From Octopus vulgaris (lineage: Eukaryota), in NCBI GenBank assembly GCA_951406725.2, contig OX597817.1, positions 47,864,001 to 47,928,000 on the forward strand: a stretch of DNA of 64,000 nt, read 5' to 3'. Of this stretch, positions 36,793 through 51,127 are shown piece after piece. Position 1 is the first letter of the stretch; each line of letters opens with the position of its first letter. The position numbers were made by a program, and so were the translations under genes. The notes under the pieces are model-generated. The model saw nothing but the letters and a program-made list of their open reading frames with translations. It was not told the origin of the DNA and made no database searches.

Positions 36793-37084
36793 TTAATTAG
36801 TGCACCGTGATAGGGCGTGAGATTACTGTATTATTTTATAGTTTTGATAAGTAGCACTTGTGCACTACTTAAACCGTAGTGTTTGTCACTAAGATAGGAT
36901 TTGATAGGGATTACGTAGTGAATGTATGTGTGAAGGTATATAGCTTGGTGGCAAGGTGATTGTAAGTTCAGTGTTTCAATTCCTGGGCCAGAATTGGCCT
37001 GTCTCTATTGACTAATCTCGGTTGTTTAATTGCAAGTTCACTCCTCTTTTCATCCAATTAGTTGATGTAATTGACTTACCAGGT

Positions 37085-37882
37085 CTAATAAAGCTGGAGT
37101 GGATGACACAAGCACTGGATCACCAAAAGAGACACCATTAGCTTTTTTTGGTGAATATTCTTTTTTGGATTGTGTTTTAGCTGTTCGTTTCTATCCAACC
37201 ACCCATCAGAATGCTTGCTTTTGTTGAAAACAATCCATTTTTCATCACACGTAACAATATGATGCAAAAATGGTTCGCTTTTATGCCGTGACAGCAAAGA
37301 ACAGCAAGTTTCAAGATGACATGTCATTTGATGCTTGTTCAGTTCATGTGGTACCCACTTGTCCAGCTTCTTTACCTTGCCGATTTGGTTCAGATGGTCC
37401 AATTCAGTTGGAATCAAAGCATCAAACCTTGCTGTTAACTCACGCGTAGTTTGAAATGTATCTGCTTCCACTACAGTTTCCAGCTCATCATTATCCACCT
37501 TGGTCTCAGGGCTATCACGGGGCTGATTTTCAAGAATAAACTCACCAGACCAGAACTTCTCAAACCATCGATGTACAGTGTGCTCATTCGCCACATCTTC
37601 ACCAAACACCTCATTGATGTTTTGAGCTGTCTGGGATGCATTGTTTCCACAATGGAACTCATATTCATAAGCAACACAAATTTTTTATCTATCCATGGGT
37701 TCATAAAATTGATTTACAAGAGAAGACAATATAATCAGACACTATGAATTGCATTTCGAAAAGTGATGATGTAACGCTTCACTGTTGTAAAACAAAGAAT
37801 TGTCAGGATAAAACATTGAAGTTAATGACTGTCAGACTTGGTTCATAAGAAAATCTGTCCATTTCATTCTTAATGACCTGAT
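37085..37882 (-). mobile_element. mariner (Hsmar1/cecropia-like), 3' truncated
   Basis: TVHRWFEKF, GKVKKLDKWVPHEL, FLHHIVTCDEKW, HQKKLMVS; left-TIR-like tatcaggtcattaagaatgaaatg near 37880. Confidence 0.92.
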
Positions 37883-37909
37883 ATATACATATTTCATATC
37901 ATCATATCA

Positions 37910-38330
37910 CAGGTAGCGGGTAGCGATTTTCTTCCCTACTTCAGGAAGTGACGACCCTGCCTGACACGAGTACTGGGCTCAGCTGGCTCCGGCTGACAGT
38001 ACCAGGTATGGCCCCCTATTCAGGATTACGGAATGGAGACAACTATCAAAGATATCCAGAGTGGAGCCCTGTAGGTGATTTAGTGTTCGAGTCGACACTC
38101 TTCCGGCAGCTCCTGCAACCAAGCTGGTGCCAAACGTAATGCTCTGCACTCCTTTGGACTACGTCAGCAAGGTCGAGAGAGGAATCCTGATGATTGGGCT
38201 ACCCAGGATTTTCGTACATCTAGCCCAGGCCTGTGCAAAACTGGAGAGGACATGAAATGTAAAAACCAGACTGGATTAGTTTATGTGCAACTCCATTGTC
38301 TCCTGAGAGAAAAGGACGCCAACAACAACA
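37910..38330 (+). mobile_element. GC-richer non-coding retroelement-like insertion ending in (CAA)n, possibly a bipartite RTE derivative
   Basis: Abrupt GC rise; ggcagctcctgcaaccaagctggtgccaaacg resembles RTE 5' UTRs; tail aaaaggacgccaacaacaac. Confidence 0.4.
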
Positions 38331-39728
38331 TATCATCATTACAATTTAATGTATCCATACTGGCATAGGTTGAACAGTTTGACAGGAACTGGCAACCCAG
38401 AGAACTGCACTTGGCCCTATTGTCTGCTTTGGCAAAGTTTCTACAGATGGATGTCCTTCCTAATGCCAACCACTTAACAAAGTGTCCTGGGTGCTTTTTA
38501 CGTGGTGCAACCTGGCATGAAATGATCTATGGCCCAGTACTGGTCTGTGGCCTAGTGTTGGGGATCCTTGGCTTCAGGGAAAGACAGCTGATACAACTTA
38601 GCACCAATGTTGTCACATCCATTCATGTCAGAATGTCAAAGGTCAGAAGAGATACTGCTGGGTTTTGCTTTTGATGCTGTAACAGTTCCATCAACCTACT
38701 GTCTTGTATGGGTCCATTGTGTAACAAGGATGAAAAGCAATGTTGGCATACACTCACTGTCTCTCTCTCACTTTCTCTGTCTCTTTGTCTCTCTCAGTCC
38801 CTCACACACACAAAAAAAATACCTTCTGCACTTTGTCTGTTCGCCCTTGCCTCCCCCACACCCCAACACCACCGTATGACACCACACACCACCATACCAC
38901 ACCACATCACACCATCCCGTACACACTTACACTGACCGCTTCCCAGCACCCACAGCATCATCTACACACATGCACACGCACACATCAAGGTCACCAACCC
39001 TTATGCACATACACACTCTCACATATGCACGTGTACCTTCGTTTTGGGATCACCACGTGCCTCCACCATCAAATATATAAAGTATATTATATACATCAAA
39101 TACAAAATATGTATACATACAAAACGAGAGAAGGCAAATGGTGGAAACTTTCAGATGAAGAATGATGAATTTATGTGTATATATATATATGTACATTTAT
39201 AAATAGGTCCAACTGGAAAACATTTTGGTCTAGTTTATCATCTCTTCTAATTCGTAGTGCTGTTTATAGTGTATGGTAAAGTTTAATCTCATGGAAAAGT
39301 TTGAAACATATTTGCCATTCCTTACTGTATCAAATTCAGGAGTAGTATTCTAGCTGCACACATGAGAGAAATATAATCCTGATGTATTGGAAGTTCACAA
39401 ATACTAGCTGTTGTTTCAAGTGTTTAAAAATGGTTATTACATTTCTGATGAGCCTCGTTCCGGTAGTTGAAACTTATAATGTATACATGTATGTGTGTTT
39501 TGTGATTTTAGCTTTTAGTAGGTGAGGGTCAGGGGAAAGAGAACATGCTTAACTTGGGAAATGAGTAAAGGTTTGCTATAGGAAGATTCTCTTGTCTTAA
39601 TCTGCTGTAAGGATATAAAAATGAATAAAATTTTTATTTTTATACCAACCTGAATTTGGTTCTATGGCACATTTTTTTTGCTTTTAAAGATCTAAATAAA
39701 AAAACCTTTCATTAGAATTTCATCTTAA

Positions 39729-39943
39729 CCTTTTAGCATTTAGATAACTCTGTTGAATTGAATGTTTATTGACGCACATAGTTTTGAATTGCTCAAGCAT
39801 TGTCCCATAGCTTTGGCAGATTGATGATATAATTGTTTATTTTTAGAATGACATTGTAGGGTAGGTGTGAGAGGTTGCATCTGGCTGGTTTGAACATAAA
39901 ACAATATTTGGGCCAGATATGGTCAGTTTGAATGCTAAGGGGT
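39729..39943. mobile_element. piggyBac-like MITE, second family
   Basis: TTAA|ccttttagcatt ... aatgctaagggg|ttta; related copies at 46843-47977 (interrupted), about 50400-50460 and 62481-62680. Confidence 0.7.
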
Positions 39944-41269
39944 TTACTTACGTTTCAAACATCTCGTTAATAATATCTTTTATTTTTTACTTGTTTCAGT
40001 CATTAGGCTATGGCCATACTTGGGCACCGCTTTGAAGAACTTCTAGTCAAATGTATCTACCCTGGTACTTATTCTGTTGGTCTTGTTTGCTGAACCACTA
40101 AGTTACGGGGATGTAAACACACCAGCACCGGTTGTCAAGCAGTGGTGTGGGACACACACATACGCAGATACATATATACAATGGGCTTCTTTCAGTTTCT
40201 GTCTATGAAATCCACTCACAAGGCTTTGCTCAGCCTGAGGCTATAGCAGAAGACACTTGCTCAAGGTGCCACACATTAGGACTGCACCCAGAACCATGTG
40301 GTTGAGAATCAAGCTTCTTACCACACATCCACACCTGTACCTGTAAAAGAAAAAAACTGACAAAATGCCACTAAGCATTTTACCTGGTGTGCAAACGATT
40401 CTCCCAGCTTGGCAGAATTATTTTACTAAATTTTTTCCTTCTTTTCAATATTATCTGAAACAAAAGCACTATATTTGAACAGAAACTCAATAACAAAAGG
40501 GTTTAGTTTCATATTTTCAAGGGCTCAATAATCAACCCATAGGCATAAATTCCTGTAATTTTGCAGGCAGTTATCTTTTCTACGCTATGCACAAAACTCA
40601 AAATTTTCAGGAAGAGGGCCAATCGATTAAATCGACCCCAGTATGCAACTGGTACTTAATTTATCAAACCCGAAAGGATGAAAAGCAAAGTCGACTTCGG
40701 TGGGATAATTTTGCAGGCAATAATCTTTTCTACTCTAGGCACAATGCTCGAAATTTTCGGGGAGAGGGCCAGTCGATTAAATCGACCCCAGTATGCAACT
40801 GGTACTTAATTTATCAACCCCGAAAGGATGAAAAGCAAAGTTGACTTTGGTGGGATAATTTTGCAGGCAATTATATTTGTACTCTGTGTCTTTCTTATTA
40901 CTCAGTAAAAATACATTTTGTTCACAATGTGTTATGAGAGAAAGTAAATTGGCTGTTTTCTAATATACAGTTTTATTGCAAGCCTATGGCTGGCATTTTA
41001 TTTTCTACCTGACCAGGTAGTCAAAACTAGGTAGTAGTAGTAATAGTAGTTGTAGTAGTAGATAGAAAGTTGCACATTATTTAGTTAAATTATCTAACCT
41101 ACCAATTATAGGTTTCAGTCATGATTTTTACTGTGCCAAGAAACTAGTATCTCGGTTACAAAATGGTTTAGTTTCTGTTATGAGGCACAGTCTAGTTCTG
41201 AGTGCAAATTATCTTAATTCGTTTATTTGTTTTCACTGTAAAAGAGAATAAAACTGTAAGTACTTTTTA

Positions 41270-41652
41270 TAGGCACAGCAGTGGCTGTGTGGTAAGTAGC
41301 TTGCTTACCAACCACATGGTTCTGGGTTCAGCCCCACTGCATGGCACCTTGGACAAGTGTCTTCTACTATAGCCTCGGGCCGAACAAAGCCTTGTGAGTG
41401 GATTTGGTAGACGGAAACTGAAAGAAGCCAGTCGTATATATGTATATATATATTTGTGTGTGTCTGTGTTTGTCCCCCTAGCATTGCTTGACAACCAATG
41501 CTGGTGTGTTTGTCCCTGTGACTTAGCTGTTTGGCAAAAGAGACCGATAAAATAAGTACTAGGCTTACAAAAAATAAGTCCCGCGGTCGATTTGCTTGAC
41601 GAAAGCCAGTGCTCCAGCATGGCCGCAGTCAAATGACTGAAACAAGTAAAAT
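41270..41652 (+). mobile_element. SINE family A, full length
   Basis: Head-to-tail match to the family. Confidence 0.9.
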
Positions 41653-42552
41653 AATAATAGAGTACTTCAAATGATTTATCTTCTCTTTTTACTTGTTTAA
41701 GTCATTGGACTGTGGCCATGCTGGGGTATTGCCTTGAAGGATTTTAGTCAAACATATTGATCACCAGTACTGATTTCTCGTTTTAAGTCGGGTACTTACT
41801 GTATTTGTCTCTTTTTTGAAACTGCTAGGTCATGGGAATGTAAACAAACCAACACTATTTGTCTAGCAGAGGTGTAGACCAGTGGTTCCCAAAGTGGGCA
41901 GTACTACCCTTCCCCCTTGGAGTGTAGTGGGGGTGGGTGGTGGAAAGATCCAGATGTACACACACACAGGTTGCTTCTATGTAATTTTGTCTACCAAATT
42001 CATTCATACGGCATTGGTTAACCCGTGGCTATAGTAGAAGACAAGTGTCCTAAGTACTGAGCTCTGGGATTGAACCTGAAACCAGGTGGTTGCAAAATGA
42101 GCTTCTTAACCACACAGCCATCTCTGAGCCTGTTCTCACCTATGTGAAGTTTTTCAAATGGAGTTGGTACACAGTAATCATGTGATCAAATCTTATCATT
42201 GGATTATTGTTTTCTTTTCCTTTTCTTTTTTATCTTTTTTTAATACTTGAAACTTGACCTGGTTTCTTATGATTATTCAGTGTAAAAGTGGGACATCTTA
42301 TTTTCCATAATCATCATCATCATCATCAAGTGTTTTAAATCCGGGTTTTGTCCCCATTAATGGGGGTGGCCGGATCTACCTCAATGCCATAGAAATCGAT
42401 GTAGGCAGGTGCAGCCCACCCCAACCTTTGGGCTGGCTGGTGCCCATTCTCCTTTGCTATCATTAGGATTTTTTTTGAGACAATACGCTTTTTTTTTTAA
42501 TTAAAAAAACATTTTTATTTTGAAATCTTAAAATAAAAATCTGTTTCTATAT

Positions 42553-42954
42553 TACTCTTTTGTTTCATGACTGTGGCCATGCTGGAGCACCGCCTTTAGT
42601 TGAGCAAATCGACCCCAGGACTTATTCTTTGTAAGCCTAGTACTTATTCTATTGGTCTCGTTTGCTGAACCACTAAGTTACGGGGACATAAAAACACCAG
42701 CATTGGTTGTCAAGCAATGTTGTGGGGACAAACACAGACACACAAACATACACACGCACACAGACACACATATATATATATATATATACACAATGGGCTT
42801 CTTTCAGTTTCCGTCTACCAAATCCACTCACAAGGCTTTGGTCGGCCCTAAGCTATAGTAGAAGACACTTGCCCAAAGAGTCCCACAGTGGGACTGAACC
42901 CGGAACCATGTGGTTAGTAAGCAAGCTACTTACCACACAGCCACTCCTGCGCCT
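42553..42954 (-). mobile_element. SINE family A, full length
   Basis: Reverse-complement match to 41270-41652. Confidence 0.9.
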
Positions 42955-43899
42955 ATAAAAATGGAAAATTAATACAGTCTCCCTCTTCAGACAAGGAAGT
43001 TCGAGAGTGGCATGGGGGTGAACCTGTCTGGTGCAGGGATGGAAACAAGATGGGAAAGTGTGAGAGGGAGCACTGCTTTAAAGGGTTTTTAGTCATAGAA
43101 ATCAACCCCAGGACTTATTTTTTGTAAGCCTATTATTTTATTGGTCTCTTTTGCCGAACTTCTAAGTTATGGGGACATAAACACACCAGCATCGATTGTC
43201 AAGCAGTGGTGAAGGAGACAAAGACACACACACACGACGGACTTCTTTCAGTTTCCATCTACCAAATCCACTCACAAGGCTTTGGTCGGCGTGAGGCTAT
43301 AGTAGAAGACACTTGTCCAAGGTGTATGCAGTGGGCCTGAACCTGGAACCATGTGGTTGGGAAGTAAGCTTCTTACCACACAGCCATGGTGCTCTAGCAT
43401 GGCCACAGCCAAATGATTGAAACAATTTAAAGAATAAAAGAAATATGCGTGTGTGTATGTATGTATGTATGTGTTTGTCCCTGTGACTTCGAGGTTCAGC
43501 AAGACATTGAGAGAATAAGCACAAGACTAAAAAAAATGTAGTGGAGTCGATCTGTTTGGCGAAAAACCCTTCAAATCACAGCCCCAGTTTGGCCACATTC
43601 CAATGATTTGAAACAAGTAAAATATAGGGTAGAATGAATGACGAGGCATGAAAAATGTGGTAGGACAGGGAAGTTAATTAGCATCTCTGTTTATTTATAG
43701 TAACAGTAGCACACACAGGTGTATATATACAGGTTGACCCAAAAATTGGTTTACAGTTATCACATAGGCCCTTTAAATTTCTTTTAAAACATTTTATTAC
43801 ATTTAAATTTCTGTCTTACAAACTGAAAAGGGAGCTTGACAAAATTAACTAAATTAGCATAGAATAATGGTTTCATATTTTTTTAAAGAGCATTCAATT

Positions 43900-44460
43900 G
43901 TCTGTTTTCTATGCTGGCATGGGTTGGACAGTTTGACTGAGGTCTGGAGAGCCAGTGGCTGCACCAGGCACCAATCTGATCTGGCAAGGTTTCTACAGCT
44001 GGATGCCTTTCCCAATGCCAACCACTCCAAGAGTGTAGTGGGTGCTTTTTTGTGCCACCGGCATAGGAACCAGTCAGGTGGGCCTGCTCATCATTCACTT
44101 TGGGATAGTGCTTTTTATGTGTGACCGGCACGGGAGCCAGTCAGGTGGACCTAGCATCGACCACATTCAGATGGTATGATATTGGTTTTACTTGACTCAG
44201 TAGGTCTTTTCAAGCATATCATATCCCCCGACGCATCAGGGGTACTCTTAACAGGACCGGACATGCATGGCTGCGATCTCACTTTAGTTGCCGAGTCTTC
44301 TCAATCACAGCATATCTCCAAAGGTCCTGGTCTCCTGCCATTGCTTCTATGAGACCCAGTGTTCAAAGGTCATGCCTCACCACCTCCTCCAATGTCTTCC
44401 TAGGTCTACCTCTTCCACAGGTTCCCTTCTACAGTTAGGGAGTGGCACTTTCTCATACAG
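43900..44460 (-). mobile_element. RTE-clade LINE 3' end (ORF terminus plus long 3' UTR)
   Basis: CMRKCHSLTVEG/TCGRGRPRKTLEEVVRHDL*TLGL.EAMA.D.DLWRYAV followed by a UTR shared with copies at about 38330-38510, 44520-44890, 46957-47362, 53560-53993, 54250-54720, 55575-55745, 57690-57820; intact copies end gcatggaaagcggacgttaaac(gat)n. Confidence 0.85.
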
Positions 44461-44912
44461 CTTTGTTTATATATATATATATATATATGATGATATATAT
44501 TATATATATTGAGTCAAGTATGTCAACACCAACATCAAAATAAAAAATCAAATGGAAATTGTAGTTAAGATACCTGTGTCGGTGGCATGTAAAAAGCACC
44601 ATCTGAATCTAGCTGATGCCAGCACTGCCTGACTGGTGTACTTGTTGGTGACACGTAAAAAGCACCAACAGATCGTGGCCATTTGCCAGCCCCCTCTGAC
44701 TTCTGTGCCTGTGGCATGTAAAAAGCACCCACTACACTCATGGAGCTGTTGGCGTTAGGAAGGGCATCCAGCTATAGAAACACTGCCAGATCAGACTGGA
44801 GCCTGGTGCAGCCTCTTGGCTTCCCAGACCCCGGTCAAACCGTCCAACCCATGCTAGCATGGAAAACGGATGTTAAACGATGTTGATGATATATATACAC
44901 ACACACAAAACC

Positions 44913-45146
44913 CAGGTTGGCCCAAAAGTAGGTTTAGTTATCACGTAAGCACTTTAAATTTCTTTTAAAACATTTTATTACATTTAAATTGCTATCTTAC
45001 AAACTGAAAAGGAAGCTTGACAAAATTAAATAAATCAGCATAGAATAATGGTTTCATATTTTTTTTATAATTAAGATCTGAACTGTTAATGTAAGAATGC
45101 GAAAGAGATCGTTGAATAACTGTAAACCTACTTTTGGGCCACCCTG
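44913..45146. mobile_element. Tc1/mariner-type MITE
   Basis: caggttggcccaaaagtaggttta / taaacctacttttgggccaccctg|TA; its left ~155 bp is duplicated at 43730-43885. Confidence 0.75.
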
Positions 45147-48100
45147 TATATTATATTTACAAATGAAATTGAGGTGAGTTTTAAATTGATATTAGTAGAG
45201 GGTGTACCCACTTATGGCTTAGTATAAGCATAGACTACACACCTTTGAGTATAAACAAATCTGTGTACAAACATCTATATATATATACATAAACAAATGT
45301 ATGTATAAACATAACCTAAAGGAATGCTCTTATGCAAATGAAGACATTTACACAAAGCAGGTGTAGTAGTGTGAGGAGTGAGGGGATATAATGAGAGAAA
45401 CAGGTCTTAATGTTAGCAGGGAAAAGCTCACTTTTCAGGTATGGAGGAGGGTGTATTTCTTGAGGTGGGGTTGAAGTAAGGGGAGAAAATTATACACATT
45501 GATAAGGTGTGGCTGTGTGGTTTTGAGAAGGTTGCTTCCCAGCCATGTGGTCTTAAGTTCAGTTCCACTGTTGTGGTACTTTGAGCAAGTGTGATCTTTT
45601 ATTGTGCCAAGCTGACCAAAGCCTTGTCAGTGGATTTGGTGGATGGAAACTGAAAGAAGCCCATTGTGGTTGTGTGGTAAGAGGCTTGCTTCCCGACCAC
45701 ATGGTTCTGGGTTCAGTCCCACTGTGTGGCACCTTGGGCAAGTGTCTTCTACTATAGCCTCAGGCTGACTAAGGCCTGTGAACGGATAAAAAGTGATGAT
45801 TGCTTCTGGTCAACATCAGTGTCTTTAGAACTCTTCCTTGATAGAAGGACTGGTTCTAAACAAGTGATCATGAGTTGGAATTTTTACTCTCAGCTTGAGC
45901 CAAATGAATATGGAATGTTGGTACTTGTAAATGAATAACCAGAATTGTGTTTTCGTTTCTCTCAGTAAAGCAATCATAAGCTTACTCAGTGCAGTCTATG
46001 GAATAGTTTTCTTATTCCTTGTACTGAATAAATGCTTTGTCCCTTAGAAGGTCTCATCCACTTGTATTGCACATCCATATCAGCACAGCTGCTGTTTTGA
46101 TGTATTTTCACTGATGCTGTCACCACTGCTCAACTCTTATCTTTCTACACTTGTAAGTACATTTCCCTCTCCTAGAAATTCACATGTTTGTTGCAAATTT
46201 TCTGCTTTGACTCTGCAACCCTGGTCACATTGACCTGATGTTTCCCGTCTTGGTCAGTTCAATAGTCATTGCCATAGGGAGTGTTCTGAACTTTGCTTAG
46301 CTCCAGATCACTTTGTGTCTTCTTGCCTGACTGGATATGGCCAGTTTAAATACTAAAGAATTTAACATCTACTCATATGCTAGTGATTAGTAGTAATGCA
46401 ATAACTTAGAAGTCTTTTTTTAATTTGATATTCCTTTTTATTATTTACCTGATTCTCATTGAACTTTAAGTGTGGGCCACATAAATATGATGTGTAGGTA
46501 CTTGTAAATGAACAATCCAAATTATGCTTTGGTTTCTCTCTGCTGGCTATGGTAAGACGGTCAGTCATAAGCTTACTCATAGCAACCAATGGAGTAGTTT
46601 TCTTACTGAGTACTCCTCCCCCTTCCCGTCTTCATTCTTAATAAAACCACTTATCTACTAATGACATACACATTACATCAATCACATTGTACTATTTTAC
46701 TGTCCCCTATAGCTACTGGACGGTTTAGTTTCATTACCATTGAGTAATTACTTTGGTTAATCACACAGACGACTTGGTTCAACCTAGTCTGAAATTGAAA
46801 ATCTCATTTGCTCAGACAATTTCTTGGGAAATCTGAGTTTAACCCTTAAGCATTCAGATTACTCTATCAAACATCATACTTATTTATCCATATTGTTTTG
46901 AATTAACCCAATATTATCATGTAGCTTAGAGATTTCAGTGATGCGATTGTTTAATTAGTGTCACCTTACTGGCACTCGAGCCCCGTGCTAGAAGGGTATT
47001 AAGAGCTCCATCCGAGTGTGATTGTTGCCAGAACGGCTATCTGGCCTCCGTGCCGGTGGCACGTAAAAGGCACCATTCGAGCGTGATCATCACCAGCATC
47101 ACTTTACTGGCACCTGTGCCGGTGGCATGTGTAAAAGATTTGAGCGAGTTCGTTGCCAGTACCGCCTGACTGGCCCCGTGCCGGCGGTACGTAAAAGCAC
47201 CCACTACACTCTCAGAGTTGTTGGTGTTAGGAAGGGCATCCAGCTGTAGAAACTCTGCCAGATCAAGATTGAAGCCTGGTGCAGCCATCTGGTTCGCCAG
47301 CCCTCAGTCATTCGTCCAACCCATGCTAGCATGGAAAGCGGACGTTAAACGATGATGATGATTGTAGGGTAGGTGTGAGAAGCTGCATCTGGTTAGTTTG
47401 AACATAAAAGAGGTTGAATAACTGGGTTGGATTATTGTGACCCCCTTCGGTCATGAATGACCATGGGATTGCACCTAGAAAGTTACCCTCCGAGGTACAA
47501 GTCAGGGCAAGGTTGTTTATGGAAGACCAGCAGTCACCCATGCCTACCTGCCTCTCCTCTCCACGCCACCAGTGTTATCCAAGGGAAAGGCAAAGGCCGA
47601 TACAGCTTGGCACCTGTGACGCAGCTCATTTATTAACGTGCAAGTGGCTGAGCACTCCTCAGACACGTACCCTTAACGTAGTTCTTGGGGAGAATCAGCG
47701 TGACACAGTGTGACAAGGCTGGCCCTTTGAAATACAGGTACAACAGAAACAGGAAGAAAGAGCGAGAGAAAGTTGTGGTGAAAGAGTACAGCAGGGTTCA
47801 CCACCACGCCACTGCCAGAGTCTCGTGGAGCTTTAGGTGTTTTCGCTCAGTAAACACTCACAATGCCTGGTCTGGAAATCAAAACCGCGATCCTACGACC
47901 GCGAGTCTGCTGCCCTACCACTGAGCCATTGCGCCTCCACAACTTGGTTGGATATGACTGGTTTAAATGCTTAAGGTTTATGATGTCTCTGTAGTTTCTA
48001 GCAAGCATAAAGACCTGTCACCTTTAATCAAACAGAATATCATACTTGTGACACCTGGAGGAAGAGAGGCATGAACCAATAATAGACTGATACTCCAGTT

Positions 48101-48294
48101 CATTCATAAATTAATATCATGAAGTATTAGGCGCAGGAGTGGCTGTGTGGTAAGTAGCTTACTTACCAACCAAATGGTTCCGGGTTCAGTCCCACTGCAT
48201 AGCACCTTGGGCAACTGTCTTCTACTATAGTCTCGGGCCGGCCAAAGCCTTGTGAGTGGATTTGGTAGACGGAAACTGAAAGAAGACCGTCGTG

Positions 48295-48329
<35 letters not shown>

Positions 48330-49203
48330 GACGGTTTTCTTTCAGTTATATATATATACACACACACATATATATATATGTGTGTGTGTATGTATGTATG
48401 TTTGTGACAATCGATTTTGGTGTGTTTACATCCCCGTCAATTAGCAGTTCGGTGAGAGAGACCAATAAAATAAGTACTAGGCTTACAAAGAATAAGTCCT
48501 GGAGTCGATTTGCTCGACTAAAGGCGGTGCTCCAGCATGGCTGCAGTCAAGGCTTTGGTTGGCCCGAGGCTATAGTAGAAGACACTTGCCCAAGGTGTCA
48601 CACAGTTGGACTGAACCCAGAACCATGTGGTTGGTAAGCAAGCTACTTACCACATAGCCACTCCTGTGCATATAAATAGGTGCAGGTAATACATAAGCAT
48701 TAGATTTGACAGAAAAATATGAATACTAGAGGGTCAAACAATGAGCAAAACCATGGGGGTCATGCTACCAAGTTGTACTTGGATGGTTGTATTGGTGTTT
48801 CAGACATGTGAAAATGACCAGCAATTTTTCCTTAGTCATGTGTGTCTGTAGGTCACAGCTTAATGTTTCCTTTTTTTAGGTCAGTAATTGATAATCGTTT
48901 TTGTGTTTGTCATTCTTGTTTGTACAACTGGGAGATGTTTATCTGGGTTTGTTTGTTCATTAAGAGAGGATGTGGAGGTGGAAGTATCATTGTATACATT
49001 CTTTTTGTGTGACTGCAGCCATACTGGTGCACCGCCTTTAGTTGAACAAATCAACCCCAGGACTTATTCTTTGTAAGCCTAGTACTTATTCTATCGGTCT
49101 CTTTTTGCCAAACTGCTAAGTTATGAGGGTTGTAAGCACACTAACATTGGCTGTCAAGCGATTGTGTGTATGGGGTACAAACACAGACACACAAATATAC
49201 ACA

Positions 49204-49239
<36 letters not shown>

Positions 49240-49290
49240 CAGAACCATGTGGTTGGTAAGCAAGCTACTTACCACACAGCCACTCCTGCG

Positions 49291-49329
<39 letters not shown>

Positions 49330-49336
49330 ATGATGA

Positions 49337-49366
<30 letters not shown>

Positions 49367-49369
<3 letters not shown>

Positions 49370-49733
49370 CGCAGGAGTGGCTGTGTGGTAAGTAGCTTGC
49401 TTACCAACCACATGGTTCTGGGTTCAGACCCACCACGTGGCACCTTGGGCAAGTGTCTTCTACTATAGCCTCAGGCCGGCCAAAGCCTTGTGAGTGGATT
49501 TACTAGATGGAAACTGAAAGAAGCCCGTCGTATATATGTGTGTGTGTGTGTCCCTCCAACATTGCTTGACAACCAATGCCGGTGTGTTTATGTCCTCGTA
49601 ACTTAGCTGCTCGGCAAAAGTGACCGATAGAATAAGTACTAGGCTTACAAAGAATAAGTCCCTGGGTCGATTTGCTCGACTAAAGGTGGTGCTCCAGCAT
49701 GGCCACAGTCAAATGACTGAAACAAGTAAAATA
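49367..49733 (+). mobile_element. SINE family A, full length, head-to-head with an inverted partial copy
   Basis: Inverted head at 49237-49293 separated by a TA/GAT tract. Confidence 0.9.
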
Positions 49734-50986
49734 GTATGATGGGCTCGTTTCTGTCTACCAAATCCACTCACAAGGCTTTGGTCAGCCCTAGGCTATTTAT
49801 TATAGTAGAAGGTACTTACTCATGGTACTACACATGCAGTGGGACTGAACCTGGAACCATGTGGTTGGGAATCAGGCTTCTTACCACACAGCCAACAAAT
49901 ATGTAAATTATTTACTTTTCCTTTAAAGTGGACCTGGAGGAAGCAAGCAGCGCCTATGGCATTTACAGCCCTTATCATTACCATTTTACTCGATGCCATT
50001 GATGCTCCTTGTGAGCTTTCATGAGTCAACACCCGCAGGGTGTGGTGTGCTGTAGCACCCCTATTTTGGTGTTACCCATTTGGTCTAAAATTCTTCAAAG
50101 CTGACTTGATACTTGATATCAGACCTTTTACACTTTCTCTTACTCCCTCTCTTGTTCTTTCTGTCCTCTCCCTCCCCCACTCTCTTTCTATGTGAGAGCA
50201 TATTTCTCTGTATGAGGAGAGGACAAGTGTTTATGTCAATCATATTCAATTAATAAATTGTGATATCTCTGTCTGTCTCTTTGTATGTGTATATATCTGT
50301 GCACTTGTATATATATTTTTCTATGCATGTGTGTGTGTGATTGTGTTTGTGCTAAAAAAGTGATCACATGACCAGCCAGATTTTGATGATGTGATCATGT
50401 ATTTTTAGAATGACATTGTAGAGTGGGTGTGAGAAGCTAGATCTGGCCAATTTGAACAATGTTGTTATACACTGCTGGTCACAGTGCACTTTGCATTGTT
50501 TTAGCGTTTGCATGGTGCCACCCTGCTGACTAGACAAGCAGCCCCCCCCACTTACCACTCAGAAGGCTAATTTATCTCATGGTGATCCATTTACAGCTGA
50601 GTGACCTGGAGCAGTATGAAATGAGGTGCTTTGGCCAAAAACACAATGTGCTACTTGACCTGGGAATTAAACCCACAGTCACTAGATTGTGAGTGCAACA
50701 CCCTGACCACTAGGACACAGGCCTTTACCGAAAAGTACTGTCACCAAAATGGGCCGAATGTCCAGTCAGCCATGCCAAATCGCTGTCAGCACCCAAACTG
50801 CTGCACCCAGTTGCCTTATTCCGACACCTGCAGGGGGAGAATTCTAGGGAATTGGCCAGGGGAAGAAGGACTGGGTGTGGCATGGGGATTATTGTAGGTT
50901 GGAAGATGGTTTTGTGGGAATAAAAAAAAAAGCAGAGAGGAACACGTCCATGGGTCATGTTTATGAGTATGAGTTGTGTAGCTCTT

Positions 50987-51127
50987 CCAGATGTGGTCAA
51001 GGATGCCTGTGTAGTCTAGTTCTTCTAGGTGTGGTCAAGGATGCCTGTGTAGTCCAGTTCGTCTAGGTGTGGTCAAGGATGTCTGTATAGTCCAATTCTT
51101 CTAGGTGTGGTCAAGGATGCCTGTCTA
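50987..51127. repeat. ~39-bp minisatellite, about 4 units
   Basis: Unit ctaggtgtggtcaaggatgcctgtgtagtccagttctt. Confidence 0.85.

Noticed and set aside
37085-37609. Possible domesticated transposase (SETMAR-like) from the 174-aa ORF
   Set aside because: Stop near the start, truncation before the last catalytic residues, and no SET domain; an ordinary dead mariner.
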